Shown here in pieces: positions 49,775-59,596 of a stretch of DNA of 64,000 bases. A program made the translations under genes and the position numbers. The stretch's first letter is position 1. Each line of letters begins with the position of its first letter. The notes under the pieces are model-generated. The model was not told the origin of the DNA and ran no database searches. It saw only the letters and a program-made list of their open reading frames with translations. The DNA is from Coprothermobacterota bacterium. GTDB lineage: Bacteria; Coprothermobacterota; Coprothermobacteria; Coprothermobacterales; Coprothermobacteraceae. The stretch covers positions 160,001-224,000 of the forward strand of contig JAZIGN010000001.1 in NCBI GenBank assembly GCA_036679065.1, written 5' to 3'.

Positions 49775-50335
49775 ATGAACCAGGAATTGTGGAAAGAACT
49801 AGAACAATTTGCTTTGAACTGCAAGGCTTGCGAACTTTGTAAAACGAGAAGAAATGTAGTATTCGGTTCAGGTGACCCTAACTCAAGGTTGTGGCTAGTA
49901 GGGGAGGCGCCTGGATCGAATGAAGATGAGCAAGGATTACCTTTTGTAGGTCAAGCTGGAGCCATCTTGGACACGTTTCTAGAAAAGAATGGGTTCAAGA
50001 GGCACAGCTTGTTTATCACAAATGTTATAAAGTGTAGACCTCCAAACAATGCAGATCCCACAGAAGACCAAAAGAGCAATTGCTTTCCAATTTTAGCAGC
50101 GCAGCTTGCCATTGGTAAGCCAAAATACATTTTGGCACTGGGAAGGCATGCTGCCGAGGCATTTGTTCCAAAACCTTTTAGGAGTATTAAGGAAATTAGG
50201 GGTCAAGTTGTTTTGTCAGGTGAAACTAAAGTTGTGGTGACATATCATCCTGCTGCTGTTCTTAGAAATCCTCGACTTGGTGAGATTGTTGAGCACGACA
50301 TACAAATGATGTCAAGATTAATTGCTGGAGAGTGA
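49775..50335 (+). CDS. Uracil-DNA glycosylase family 4 (Fe-S)
   Basis: CKAC, GEAPG, PFVG, NVIKCRPP, TYHPAA. Confidence 0.93.
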   Translation: MNQELWKELEQFALNCKACELCKTRRNVVFGSGDPNSRLWLVGEAPGSNEDEQGLPFVGQAGAILDTFLEKNGFKRHSLFITNVIKCRPPNNADPTEDQKSNCFPILAAQLAIGKPKYILALGRHAAEAFVPKPFRSIKEIRGQVVLSGETKVVVTYHPAAVLRNPRLGEIVEHDIQMMSRLIAGE

Positions 50336-51987
50336 ATATGATAAGGTTTTATGCGCTTGGTGGTTTAGGAGAGATTGGAAAGAATCTATATGTATTGGAA
50401 AAAGATGGGAAGATTTTGGTACTCGATTGTGGTCTAAAGTTTTCTGATGTGCCCGGTGTGGACTTTTTGTTACCAGATTTTTCTTACCTTGAGAAAAGGT
50501 CGAAAGACATACTTGGCCTTTTTTTAAGTCACGGGCATGAAGATCACATAGGAGGAGTACCTTTTTTCCTTCAAAAGGTGAAAGTGCCCGTGTTTGGCTC
50601 AAGGCTTAGTTTGGAACTAGTCAAGGCTAACTTAGGATCTAGGGCTGCCGAGTATGAATTTGTTGAAGTTAAGGCAGGAGAGTCGCAAAAGCTGGGCCCC
50701 TTCAAACTCGATTTCGTGGAAATGAGGCACTCTATTCCAGAAGCGCTGGGGTTGTACGTGGAAACAGATGAAGCTAACATTTTCTTCACTGGAGATTACA
50801 AAATTGAGGTCGCTCCTGTTTCGGGTAAGCCCACAGACTTCAAGGCTTTAGCAAGTATTGGAGAAAGAGGCGTAGATTTCTTGCTTGCTGATTCCACTAA
50901 TGCTGAACCTGCCATGATGTGGAATGGCGGCGCAAGCGCTGGAGATTGCCTAACAGAACAACAGGTCTACGAGCTACTTGCAAAGGAAATCAGTGAGTCC
51001 AGTGGACGAGTCATTGTAAGCACGTTTGCTTCGCACATTGACCGTATTCAGCAAATACTAAAAATAGCAGAAAAGGAAGAGCGAAGCGTCGCTATTGAAG
51101 GTCGTAGCTTGATTAGAAATCTGAAAATTGCTGAGAAGTTGGGATATTTGGACGGACTGGGCCACCGCATAGTGACGTCCCAGACGCTGGAGTCCTTACC
51201 CAGGGAGAAGCAAATGATTATAGCTAGTGGTAGTCAGGGAGAGCCTCTGTCGGCGTTAGTCAGGATTTCTTCAGGTATTCACAAGCGAGTCAGATTAGAA
51301 AGAGGCGACAAGGTAATCATAGCTGCATATCCCATTCCCGGTAATGAGCGGGCGGTGACTGATGTAATCAATAGTTTGCTTTACAAAGGTGCTGAGGTCC
51401 GTTTCATCCACAGCTCAGGGCACCCTTGCACTGGGAAGGACCATCAGCTCATAATGCTGAATTTGATTAAACCAAAGTATTTAGTGCCCATTCATGGTGA
51501 ATGGCAGCACTTGGTTGGCCACGCTGAGATAGGAAAGCGAGCTGGACTCCCTGGTGAAAATATTTTCCTTTTGGAAAATGGAGATGTGCTCGTCTACGAA
51601 AAAGAAAAAGGCCAGCCTCGAGTCAAGAAACACGGCATTGAAAATGTGGGAGCTCTGATTGTGGACGGCATACTTAGTAAGGTTGAGGCTGCTGTAGCAA
51701 TAAAGGAAAGGATGAAAATAGGTTCTGAGGGCGTCGTTATTGTGGAGGCAATCTTTGACGAAAAGCAAAGCGCTTGGTTGGTCGACACCGTGATGTTGGG
51801 TGTGGTCACGGATTCCTCCCAGAGTAGTGTTAGTCAGACTCTCAATGGTCTTATTGCACGCATGCTAAACGAGAATACTGCCTCAGATCAGAAAGAAATC
51901 GAACAGAGCATTGCTTCCACAGTAAAAGATTATCTAAAAAGCATGAACCAATACCCTGAGGTTGTAGTTAGACTGAACTCGATTTAA
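50332..51987 (+). CDS. rnj: Ribonuclease J
   Basis: LGGLGEIGKN, SHGHEDHIG, DSTN, FASHIDRIQQ, GSQGEP, HSSGH, PIHGE. Confidence 0.95.
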   Translation: MNMIRFYALGGLGEIGKNLYVLEKDGKILVLDCGLKFSDVPGVDFLLPDFSYLEKRSKDILGLFLSHGHEDHIGGVPFFLQKVKVPVFGSRLSLELVKANLGSRAAEYEFVEVKAGESQKLGPFKLDFVEMRHSIPEALGLYVETDEANIFFTGDYKIEVAPVSGKPTDFKALASIGERGVDFLLADSTNAEPAMMWNGGASAGDCLTEQQVYELLAKEISESSGRVIVSTFASHIDRIQQILKIAEKEERSVAIEGRSLIRNLKIAEKLGYLDGLGHRIVTSQTLESLPREKQMIIASGSQGEPLSALVRISSGIHKRVRLERGDKVIIAAYPIPGNERAVTDVINSLLYKGAEVRFIHSSGHPCTGKDHQLIMLNLIKPKYLVPIHGEWQHLVGHAEIGKRAGLPGENIFLLENGDVLVYEKEKGQPRVKKHGIENVGALIVDGILSKVEAAVAIKERMKIGSEGVVIVEAIFDEKQSAWLVDTVMLGVVTDSSQSSVSQTLNGLIARMLNENTASDQKEIEQSIASTVKDYLKSMNQYPEVVVRLNSI

Positions 51988-52047
51988 GAAGTTTACATTT
52001 GGGCTGTTAGTTTTTGAAGTTTCAATGAAAACAAGGGGGTGAGTGTG

Positions 52048-52431
52048 ATGCTTAAGGGGTTTAAAGCTTTTCTGTCTAGGGGCAATGTATTGGATTTGGC
52101 TATCGCAGTCATCATAGGAGCCGCTTTCAACAGTGTAGTCAAATCTCTTGTGGAGGACATCTTTACACCTTTGTTGGGAATGTTGGGTGGTCTGCCCGAT
52201 TTTAGCAGCTGGAAAGTTGGGCCGTTGATGCTTGGCTCCTTTGTTAACAGCCTTCTTTCGTTTTTGTTTACCGCCGCAGTAATTTATTTTGTGCTGGTGG
52301 CGCCAGCTGAAGCCTTGAAAAATGCTGCGAAAGAAAAACAAAGAGCTGAAACTTTGGACAAAGCTACAGAGACGCCACCTGAAGAAATCCAGTTACTTCG
52401 ACGCATTGTGGAACTGCTTGAAAAGAAATGA
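52048..52431 (+). CDS. mscL: Large-conductance mechanosensitive channel
   Basis: FKAFLSRGNVLDLAIAVIIGAAF, C-terminal LLRRIVELL. Confidence 0.96.
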   Translation: MLKGFKAFLSRGNVLDLAIAVIIGAAFNSVVKSLVEDIFTPLLGMLGGLPDFSSWKVGPLMLGSFVNSLLSFLFTAAVIYFVLVAPAEALKNAAKEKQRAETLDKATETPPEEIQLLRRIVELLEKK

Positions 52432-52457
52432 GGTTCGCTAGAGCACTTCCATAGAAA

Positions 52458-52805
52458 CTAATCTCGTTTTGGAATGACGCAGATGAATTTCCACACGCTG
52501 TTTCCTGTATTTTCATAGCCATGTATGATATCGGGTGCCACATAGAGAGCATCTCCTGGCTGTACGTCAATTGGCTCCTCACCAACAGTAATCCTTCCCT
52601 GTCCTTCCAATGTATATATCTCGTGCTCCCATGAATGCCTATGCGGATACATTTTTGCACCTACTGGGAACTCGAATAAGCGCATCTCAAAATGGGGTAC
52701 GCCAATGTCTTTATGAAGTAGCCACCGTATGGTGACACCCCCCTCTGTTCCAGCCACTTCTTCTGGTTCCACATCTCTGTAATTCACTTTGTAATGTGTT
52801 GACAT
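52458..52805 (-). CDS. Cupin domain protein
   Basis: HRHSWEHEIY..EG.G and PGD..YV.P...HGYEN cupin motifs; SD GGAGGTGA. Confidence 0.9.
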   Translation of the reverse strand: MSTHYKVNYRDVEPEEVAGTEGGVTIRWLLHKDIGVPHFEMRLFEFPVGAKMYPHRHSWEHEIYTLEGQGRITVGEEPIDVQPGDALYVAPDIIHGYENTGNSVWKFICVIPKRD

Positions 52806-52829
52806 TTAGGTTTCACCTCCGTTACTCCT

Positions 52830-52856
52830 ATTCTAACATTCATGCTGTGATATAAT
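52830..52856. promoter_or_regulatory. Back-to-back extended -10 promoters (cupin on minus, rpsB on plus)
   Basis: Plus strand TGaTATAAT 52848-56; minus strand TGtTAGAAT 52838-30. Confidence 0.65.
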
Positions 52857-52872
52857 AAGTAAGCTGAGAGCA

Positions 52873-52953
52873 AGCACGCTCCGTGTTGCCATGGTTCCCA
52901 CATGCTCTATTTGCATGGGTGCAGGAGCGGAAGACTAAAAACCATATGGAGGT
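52873..52953 (+). ncRNA. rpsB (S2) leader, t44-like cis-regulatory RNA
   Basis: CGCTCC 52877-82 pairs with GGAGCG 52924-29; inner CATGC/GCATG; ATGGTT 52891-96 pairs with AACCAT 52940-45 (pseudoknot) next to the SD. Confidence 0.65.
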
Positions 52954-52959
52954 GTTTTT

Positions 52960-53766
52960 GTGGCAGTAGTAACTTTGAAGCAACTATTAGAGGCTGGTGT
53001 GCACTTTGGCCACCAGACGAGACGCTGGAATCCGAAAATGAAGCCTTTCATCTACGCGGAAAGGAACGGTATTTACATTATCGATTTACAGAAGACTTAT
53101 GAGCAATTGGAAGCTGCTTACTCGTTTGTTAGAGATGCCAGCAAGGAAGGTAAAACAGTGCTCTTCGTTGGGACGAAGAGACAGGCTCAAGAACCCATTC
53201 GTGAAGAGGCTGAAAGAGCTGGGATGCCTTATGTAAATCAACGCTGGATAGGTGGATTCCTGACAAATTTCAGGACTATTAGGACGCGTATAAAGAAGTA
53301 TAAAGAGCTTTTAGCTTTGAGAGAACAGGGATACATTGAATCCTTGGACTACAAAGAACAGAAGAGAGTCATGAGAGAATTGGAGAAACTTGATAAATAC
53401 TACTCCGGGGTAAAAGATATGGATACCCTGCCGGATATTCTTTTTGTAGTAGATACCAAGAAGGAAGAGGCTGCCATAAGGGAAGCTAAGAAAATAGGTA
53501 TACCTGTAGTGGCAATGATAGATACTAACTGTGATCCTGATTTGGTTGACTACCCCATACCTGCCAATGATGATGCTGTTAGAGCTATCAAACTTATCAC
53601 TTCAAAAATTGCCGATGCCATCTTAGAAGGTCGCGAAGGACGTCAGGGCATTGTGAGTTCGGAAGGGCAGCAGGCTAGCATGGAAGAGATTGCAGAAGAG
53701 CTGGAAGCTATCGATGAGACCGAGAAATACTTGGATCTCATTGATGAAGAGAAGGAGGAAGAATAA
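52960..53766 (+). CDS. rpsB: 30S ribosomal protein S2
   Basis: [38 protein letters not shown]. Confidence 0.98.
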   Translation: MAVVTLKQLLEAGVHFGHQTRRWNPKMKPFIYAERNGIYIIDLQKTYEQLEAAYSFVRDASKEGKTVLFVGTKRQAQEPIREEAERAGMPYVNQRWIGGFLTNFRTIRTRIKKYKELLALREQGYIESLDYKEQKRVMRELEKLDKYYSGVKDMDTLPDILFVVDTKKEEAAIREAKKIGIPVVAMIDTNCDPDLVDYPIPANDDAVRAIKLITSKIADAILEGREGRQGIVSSEGQQASMEEIAEELEAIDETEKYLDLIDEEKEEE

Positions 53767-53767
53767 C

Positions 53768-54361
53768 ATGGAGATATCTGCATCACTGGTTAAACAGCTA
53801 AGAGACGAAACTGGCGCAGGGTTCATGGAATGCAAAAAGGCCTTGGAAGAGACTGGTGGAGACCTAGAAAAGGCAAAGCTTGTTTTGAAGGAGAAAGGAT
53901 TGGCTCGCGCAGAAAAGAAGATAGGTCGAGCTGCTTCTCAAGGACTCATTCACGCCTACATTCACGGTGAGGGAAAACTAGGTGTATTGGTGGAAGTCAA
54001 CTGTGAGACAGACTTTGTTGCCCGAACGGATGACTTTAAGGAGCTGGTGCACGAAATTGCTTTGCAGATTGCAGGTATGGCACCAGAGTATGTAGCCGTG
54101 GAAGATGTTCCTGAAGAAGTCATTGAACAGGAAAAGGAAATTTATAGAAAACAGGCGGAAAATGAGGGAAAACCTGCAGAGATAATTGATAAAATTGTTG
54201 AGGGCAAGCTGCAGAACTTTTACAAATCCAAAGTACTGCTTGAGCAGCCTTATGTAAGGGATGACTCAAAAACAATTAAGGATCTGATCAAGGAAAAAAT
54301 AGCCCTTTTAGGAGAGAACATCGTAGTCCGCAGGTTCGTCAGGTGGACGTTGGGCGAGTGA
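53768..54361 (+). CDS. tsf: Elongation factor Ts (short form, 197 aa)
   Basis: VKQLRDETGAGFMECKKAL, EVNCETDFVA. Confidence 0.97.
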   Translation: MEISASLVKQLRDETGAGFMECKKALEETGGDLEKAKLVLKEKGLARAEKKIGRAASQGLIHAYIHGEGKLGVLVEVNCETDFVARTDDFKELVHEIALQIAGMAPEYVAVEDVPEEVIEQEKEIYRKQAENEGKPAEIIDKIVEGKLQNFYKSKVLLEQPYVRDDSKTIKDLIKEKIALLGENIVVRRFVRWTLGE

Positions 54362-55098
54362 TGGCCTTGCAGCCGTTTAAAAGGTTGCTAGTGAAATTAA
54401 GTGGTGAGTTACTAAGCGGAGAAAATGGTGTTTTCTCCGCTTCTTATTTAAACGAGCTATCTGAAGCTGTTCTACGCCTAAGGAATGAAGGTAAGCAGAT
54501 TGCATTTGTGGTTGGCGGAGGGAACATTTGGAGAGGTAGAGATGCTGACCTACTTGGTATAAACGGAACTGACGCTGACTATATCGGCATGCTTTCTACG
54601 GCAGTCAATGGCCTCATGCTTAAGAGCTGTTTTGAATCCAGAGGGCTAAAAGCGGAGCTCGTTTCCAGTTTTCTAATAGAAGGGACTGCCTATAGGCGCC
54701 ATCCTTCGGAAATCAGAAACCTTCTGGAAAATCAAGTCACCGTAATATTCGTTGGCGGTACGGGAATGCCGCATTTGACCACTGACACTTTGGCGGCCAT
54801 CCGTGCCGTTGAAATATCAGCTGATTTGCTGGTAAAGTTAACGAAAGTAGATGGCGTGTATGATAAGGATCCGATCAAGTACGTGGATGCTTGTAAATAT
54901 GATGTGCTTACGTTTGATGAAGCAGTACAGAAGAGTCTAGGTGTCATGGACTTGGCAGCTTTTGCACTACTTAGAGATAAGAACATTCCTGTGGCTGTTA
55001 TAAAGGGCACCGACCCTATGGAATTAATTGCATTCCTGCATGACCCTAGCAAAGGCACGCTAGTCGTACCTAATTTAGAGGAGGTGCATGGGGAGTGA
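54361..55098 (+). CDS. pyrH: Uridylate kinase
   Basis: KLSGE, GGGNIWRG, DYIGML.T, TTDT, DGVY, VMD. Confidence 0.96.
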   Translation: MALQPFKRLLVKLSGELLSGENGVFSASYLNELSEAVLRLRNEGKQIAFVVGGGNIWRGRDADLLGINGTDADYIGMLSTAVNGLMLKSCFESRGLKAELVSSFLIEGTAYRRHPSEIRNLLENQVTVIFVGGTGMPHLTTDTLAAIRAVEISADLLVKLTKVDGVYDKDPIKYVDACKYDVLTFDEAVQKSLGVMDLAAFALLRDKNIPVAVIKGTDPMELIAFLHDPSKGTLVVPNLEEVHGE

Positions 55099-55655
55099 AG
55101 GAGCATGAGATCACTCGGCAAGCAAGGGAGCATTTTCAAAAGACCATCAACACTATGAGCGATCAGTTAAGTACGGTTCGCGCTTCCAGGGTAAGCCCTG
55201 CCATCTTGGAACCGGTGACTGTGGAGTATGAAGGGGCAAAATACAAGTTAAGTGAACTCGCCATGGTAGTGGCTCAGGATGCCAGGACACTGATTATTGA
55301 ACCATGGGATGTTTCCATGATCCCAGCCATATCTCGCTCGTTGCAAAAGGCGAACGTGGGTGCTAACCCAAGCGATGATGGTAAGAGGATAAAGTTGGTG
55401 TTTCCGAGCTTGTCTCAAGAGAGAAGAGAAGAGCTAGCGCGGTTAGTTGACAAGTATCTCGAAGAGGCACGAATCGCCTTGCGAAACATAAGGCGAGAAT
55501 ACATCGACGAAGTGAAATCGAAGGAAAAGAAAAAAGAACTTTCAGAAGATGAAAGTAGGCGTATCCAGAACGAATTACAGAAGGCATTTGAAGAGTACGA
55601 AAAACAGATGGAGCAGATTTGTCAGAGAAAACGAAAAGAAATCATGGAAGAGTGA
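55095..55655 (+). CDS. frr: Ribosome recycling factor
   Basis: IEPWD, NPSDDG, ERREEL, RIALRNIRR, LSEDE. Confidence 0.95.
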   Translation: MKEHEITRQAREHFQKTINTMSDQLSTVRASRVSPAILEPVTVEYEGAKYKLSELAMVVAQDARTLIIEPWDVSMIPAISRSLQKANVGANPSDDGKRIKLVFPSLSQERREELARLVDKYLEEARIALRNIRREYIDEVKSKEKKKELSEDESRRIQNELQKAFEEYEKQMEQICQRKRKEIMEE

Positions 55656-55661
55656 CATTTA

Positions 55662-56435
55662 TTGCAAAGAACGCAAGTGTTTAAAGAAATTGTCTTCCGA
55701 ACACTATGGGGCATATTGGTTGTTGGAACCGTACTTGTAAGCTGCCTGTGGCGAGAGAGTTATTTGTTGCTTAGTATAGGGATAGGAGTTCTTTCTAGTT
55801 TAGAGCTCGCTGCCATGTACAAAGAACCTTGGTGGAGTGTTGTTCCTTTGTCTGCTGTTGTCTATGTTGTTACATTGCTGCGGGGCATCGATAGTGGACT
55901 AATCGTGGCCCTGGTGCTTACGGTTTTAACCACGCTAAAACTGAACCCAAATCAGTCCAAAGATAGGTTTTCAGTCTTAGTTAGGCTTTTTGCTTGTTAC
56001 ATCGGATTAAGTGCGGGCTCGTTTCCCACGCTTCAGATTCGGCTTGGATCTGTTGAACCATTGATTGTGTTCTGGTTGGCTATTTGGATTTTTGATTCCA
56101 CAGCCTATCTATGGGGCAGGTTCTTAGGGCAAGAAAAATTCGCACCATTCATAAGCCCTGGCAAAAACTTGGAAGGTTTTGTTTTCGGCTACATAACCAC
56201 CGTGCTTGGCTGTGTATTGCTTAGTGTTTGGCTAAGGGAACCACTATTTAACGTTTTTGGCATCGTAATACCTTTAGCCGGAATCAGTGGAGATCTGCTG
56301 GAATCTTGGGCAAAAAGGGTGGTCGGAGTTAAAGACTCTGGTAAACTGATTCCTTACCATGGCGGTGTGTGGGATCGCTTTGATAGCTCCTTATTGGCCT
56401 CTTTGGCTGTTTTGGTGACAGTAAAATGGCTTTGA
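55662..56435 (+). CDS. cdsA: Phosphatidate cytidylyltransferase
   Basis: DSTAY..GR, ISPGKNLEG, GDLLES..KR, KDSG.LIP.HGG.WDRFDS. Confidence 0.93.
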   Translation: MQRTQVFKEIVFRTLWGILVVGTVLVSCLWRESYLLLSIGIGVLSSLELAAMYKEPWWSVVPLSAVVYVVTLLRGIDSGLIVALVLTVLTTLKLNPNQSKDRFSVLVRLFACYIGLSAGSFPTLQIRLGSVEPLIVFWLAIWIFDSTAYLWGRFLGQEKFAPFISPGKNLEGFVFGYITTVLGCVLLSVWLREPLFNVFGIVIPLAGISGDLLESWAKRVVGVKDSGKLIPYHGGVWDRFDSSLLASLAVLVTVKWL

Positions 56436-57511
56436 AAGTAGCTGTTATTGGAGCCACAGGCTCTGTTGGCAAGCAAACATTGGAAGTAATCGATAGGTTT
56501 CCTGATAAGTTTGTGCCGACCTTGCTAGTGGGCGGTAAGAACGTCGAACTTTTGCAGATTTTGGGAAAGAAATATGGTTGTTCAGTCTTCAGTCCATGGC
56601 TTCATGGTCCTGCAGAATTACCATTGGACAAATTAGAGAGTTCAGACATTATGGTCTACGCTGCATCTACGGTGGATTATTTAAACTACATGAGCCATTT
56701 CTTGGGCTTGGGGAAGCCTGTGTGCCTTTCAACAAAAGAAATCATAGTAGAGGCTTGGCCATTAATTGAAAGCTTTAGTGGATTGATAAGACCAGTGGAT
56801 TCTGAGCACAGTGCTCTATGGCGCATAGGGGCAAAAGAACCTGGTGTCAAGAGCATTTATGTAGTTGGATCAGGAGGTTCATTACGTGACAGGAAGAGGG
56901 AAGAGATAGAAAACGCAACCTTGGATCAGGTGCTCAGTCATCCTGTGTGGAATATGGGACCCAAGGTCACGTTCGATTCTGCTTTTCTCATTAACAAATC
57001 CATGGAGGTTATCGAAGCGTCTCACCTGTTCAACTTGAGGGGCGAACAAATTAGCATTGTCATAGAAAGGACTGGATCTATTCATGCTTTAGTAGACTTC
57101 GTGGATGGCTCACGAAACGTCTTTTTTTCAAAGCCGACCATGCTAATCCCTATTGCTTACGCTTTATCATACCCAAGTATTCTCCCCCTTGATGAGGAGA
57201 CAGTAAGGCAGCCCGGCGATGCCCTTGGTTACCGACTAGATAAGCCTGACTTTGACAGGTTCCCTTGGGGCAAGTTAGGCCACTATGCTTTAGAACTTGG
57301 GTATACGTCCAGGATGGCGTTTTCTGTGGCTGATGAAATTGCTTTTGAGTGTTTCAAAGACAAGATTATGAAACCTTCTGATATATACCATTTCTTAGTC
57401 AAAGCCATAGAAGATTACAGAGCAATATCTTACCCCGAGTCTATAACTGAATATTTCTCATTACGCCATGATATGATTGAAAAAATGTGGAAGGAGGTTC
57501 GAGCTATTTGA
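56426..57511 (+). CDS. dxr: 1-deoxy-D-xylulose 5-phosphate reductoisomerase (divergent)
   Basis: GATGSVG, PVDSEHSA, HPVWNMGPK, NK..EVIEA. Confidence 0.9.
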   Translation: MALKVAVIGATGSVGKQTLEVIDRFPDKFVPTLLVGGKNVELLQILGKKYGCSVFSPWLHGPAELPLDKLESSDIMVYAASTVDYLNYMSHFLGLGKPVCLSTKEIIVEAWPLIESFSGLIRPVDSEHSALWRIGAKEPGVKSIYVVGSGGSLRDRKREEIENATLDQVLSHPVWNMGPKVTFDSAFLINKSMEVIEASHLFNLRGEQISIVIERTGSIHALVDFVDGSRNVFFSKPTMLIPIAYALSYPSILPLDEETVRQPGDALGYRLDKPDFDRFPWGKLGHYALELGYTSRMAFSVADEIAFECFKDKIMKPSDIYHFLVKAIEDYRAISYPESITEYFSLRHDMIEKMWKEVRAI

Positions 57512-58518
57512 GTGCTTTATACGTAGTACTGGCAATTATTGCTTTGTCAGTGCTTATGATTTTCCACGAGTACGGCCATTACTTAGCAGCCAAGAGGCTA
57601 CACTACCCAGTGACGGCTTTTGGTATAGGCTTCGGCCCAAACATCATAAAGAAACAGATCGGTGAAACCGAATTTCGTGTAGGCATACTTCTCTTTGGAG
57701 CCTATGTAGAAGTTCCTGCCATGGATGGTGAAGGAAACGAAACTATAAAACCACTTCATAAAGTTGCCATTGCCCTAGCCGGTCCGCTGATGAACTTCAT
57801 ACTAGCTTTCTTAGTTGTGTTTGTTGTTCTTGTGAGTGGCAACCCCTTGGAGCCAAGCGCAGTTGTGGGCTCTATTGTTCCTAACTCTTCAGCTGCTGAA
57901 GTGCTGCAGGTTGGTGACAAGATTCTTCAAGTGGATGGTAAGTCTATTAATAGCTTTGAGGATTTTCAGCGTATAGTGGCTAGTAAGAAAGTTGGGGATG
58001 AAGTTTCACTAGTCATAGAGCGAGACGACAATCAACTTACTGTTGAAGTGGAGGTAAGGGAACTTAGCTATGAAGGGGAAACTTTCGTGGGTGTTGGAAT
58101 TTCAGGAGCTCCAACTAAGTATTCTCCTTTAGCTGCTTTAGGAAAGTCTTTTCAAGAACTTTGGACCATGATAAAGGAGCTCTGGAAGGCTTTAGTACTG
58201 ATAATCTCCAGACCGAAGAATGTGGAAGTGATGGGAATAATTGGCATAACTGCTACCATGGCAAGTTTTGCCAAGGCTAATCTTATGTTGTTCCTTTACC
58301 TGGTAGCGTTTATAAGTGCTAACTTAGGGTTTATAAACTTGGTTCCATTTCCGGCTCTTGACGGGAGTTTGATTTTAGTTGGTCTTATTGAGAGTGCTAT
58401 AAGGAGACCATTACCCAAAAGCTGGGTAAACACGGTGAACATAATTGGTTTTGTGTGCTTGATGGGTTTGATGATCTATGTATCGCTACTTGATATAGGG
58501 AGGCTTATGGGATTCTAA
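57508..58518 (+). CDS. rseP: RseP/RasP site-2 zinc metalloprotease with PDZ domain
   Basis: HEYGH, FGIGFGP, AGPLMN, NLVPFPALDG; TTG start after AAGGAGG. Confidence 0.94.
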   Translation: MSALYVVLAIIALSVLMIFHEYGHYLAAKRLHYPVTAFGIGFGPNIIKKQIGETEFRVGILLFGAYVEVPAMDGEGNETIKPLHKVAIALAGPLMNFILAFLVVFVVLVSGNPLEPSAVVGSIVPNSSAAEVLQVGDKILQVDGKSINSFEDFQRIVASKKVGDEVSLVIERDDNQLTVEVEVRELSYEGETFVGVGISGAPTKYSPLAALGKSFQELWTMIKELWKALVLIISRPKNVEVMGIIGITATMASFAKANLMLFLYLVAFISANLGFINLVPFPALDGSLILVGLIESAIRRPLPKSWVNTVNIIGFVCLMGLMIYVSLLDIGRLMGF

Positions 58519-58522
58519 GAAA

Positions 58523-59596
58523 ATGGACGTGCAAAGACGAAAGACTAAGGCAGTAAGTGTAGGTAACCTTGTAATCGGTGGCGGAGCCCCTGTAGTAGTA
58601 CAAACCATGCTTAAAACGAACATAATCGATCTAAATGCTGCATTAGAAGAGCTTAGGCAGGACGTTGCTGCTGGAGCTCAACTAATCCGTTTTGCGGTGC
58701 CCGATGAGCGCGCAGCGCGGAACATTGGTATACTTGTAAGACAGAGCCCTGTTCCTTTGGTAGCTGATATACATTTTGACCCAAACTTGGCGCTGATCGC
58801 TTTGGAAAGTGGTGTGTCTAAGTTGAGGCTTAATCCAGGGACCATAAAGGATAAGGTGGCCAGACGTGAGATTGTGTTACTCGCGAAAGAGAAGAACATA
58901 CCCATCCGCATAGGTCTTAACACTGGTAGTTTACCCTTGGAAAGAAGGAGAAACAGCGAAAGCTTGGTAGATTTTGCTGTCCGTGTAATGACGGAGGAAG
59001 TAGACATGCTTCGTGAACTTTCTTTTGAAAACATTGTGCTTTCTATAAAAAGTTCGGACCCTGTCGAAAACATCGCCATAAACCGCAAACTTGCACAGTG
59101 TTTCGACTATCCTATACATCTTGGGGTCACTGAAGCTGGACAGGGAACAGAAGGTTTGATTTATTCGGTTACAGGCATGGCTCCATTGCTCCTTGAAGGT
59201 ATTGGGGACACAATCAGGGTTTCCCTGAATGGTCCTTCTGTAGACGAAGTAGAAGCGGCGTACCACCTTTTAAGGGCTTGTGGTGTTCTGAAGAGGGGAG
59301 TCCATGTGGTAGCCTGTCCGACCTGCGGTCGCTTGGAAAGAAAAACTTGGGATGTAGTAGCCAACTTGAGGGAGAGATTGAAGGATGTTGAGGAGCCTTT
59401 AGTCATAGCGGTGATGGGATGCATGGTGAACGGACCGCAAGAGGCTTCTCGTGCTGATGTTGGTGTGGCTTTGGGTAAAGTCGGTGCTGTTCTTTTTAAA
59501 AAGGGACAAGTGGTGCGAGTAATAAAACCCAATGAAGATATTGCAGAAGTGATATTGTCTGAGTTAAAAACTGGGGAGGTCGAAAAAAATTTATGA
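58523..59596 (+). CDS. ispG: HMBPP synthase IspG/GcpE
   Basis: PLVADIHF, RLNPG, HLGVTEAG, GDTIRVSL, CPTCGR, MGCMVNGP.E. Confidence 0.97.
   Translation: MDVQRRKTKAVSVGNLVIGGGAPVVVQTMLKTNIIDLNAALEELRQDVAAGAQLIRFAVPDERAARNIGILVRQSPVPLVADIHFDPNLALIALESGVSKLRLNPGTIKDKVARREIVLLAKEKNIPIRIGLNTGSLPLERRRNSESLVDFAVRVMTEEVDMLRELSFENIVLSIKSSDPVENIAINRKLAQCFDYPIHLGVTEAGQGTEGLIYSVTGMAPLLLEGIGDTIRVSLNGPSVDEVEAAYHLLRACGVLKRGVHVVACPTCGRLERKTWDVVANLRERLKDVEEPLVIAVMGCMVNGPQEASRADVGVALGKVGAVLFKKGQVVRVIKPNEDIAEVILSELKTGEVEKNL

Noticed and set aside
52014..52025. TTGAA-GT-TTCAA palindrome upstream of mscL
   Set aside because: Short and AT-rich, so plausible by chance; no second copy noticed.
52902..53102. 66-aa ORF overlapping the rpsB leader as a leader peptide
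   Set aside because: Out of frame with rpsB and has no SD; the RNA structure explains the region.
53768..54361. Short EF-Ts as a truncation or pseudogene
   Set aside because: An EF-Ts of about 200 aa is a known form (e.g. Thermus type), and the motifs are intact.
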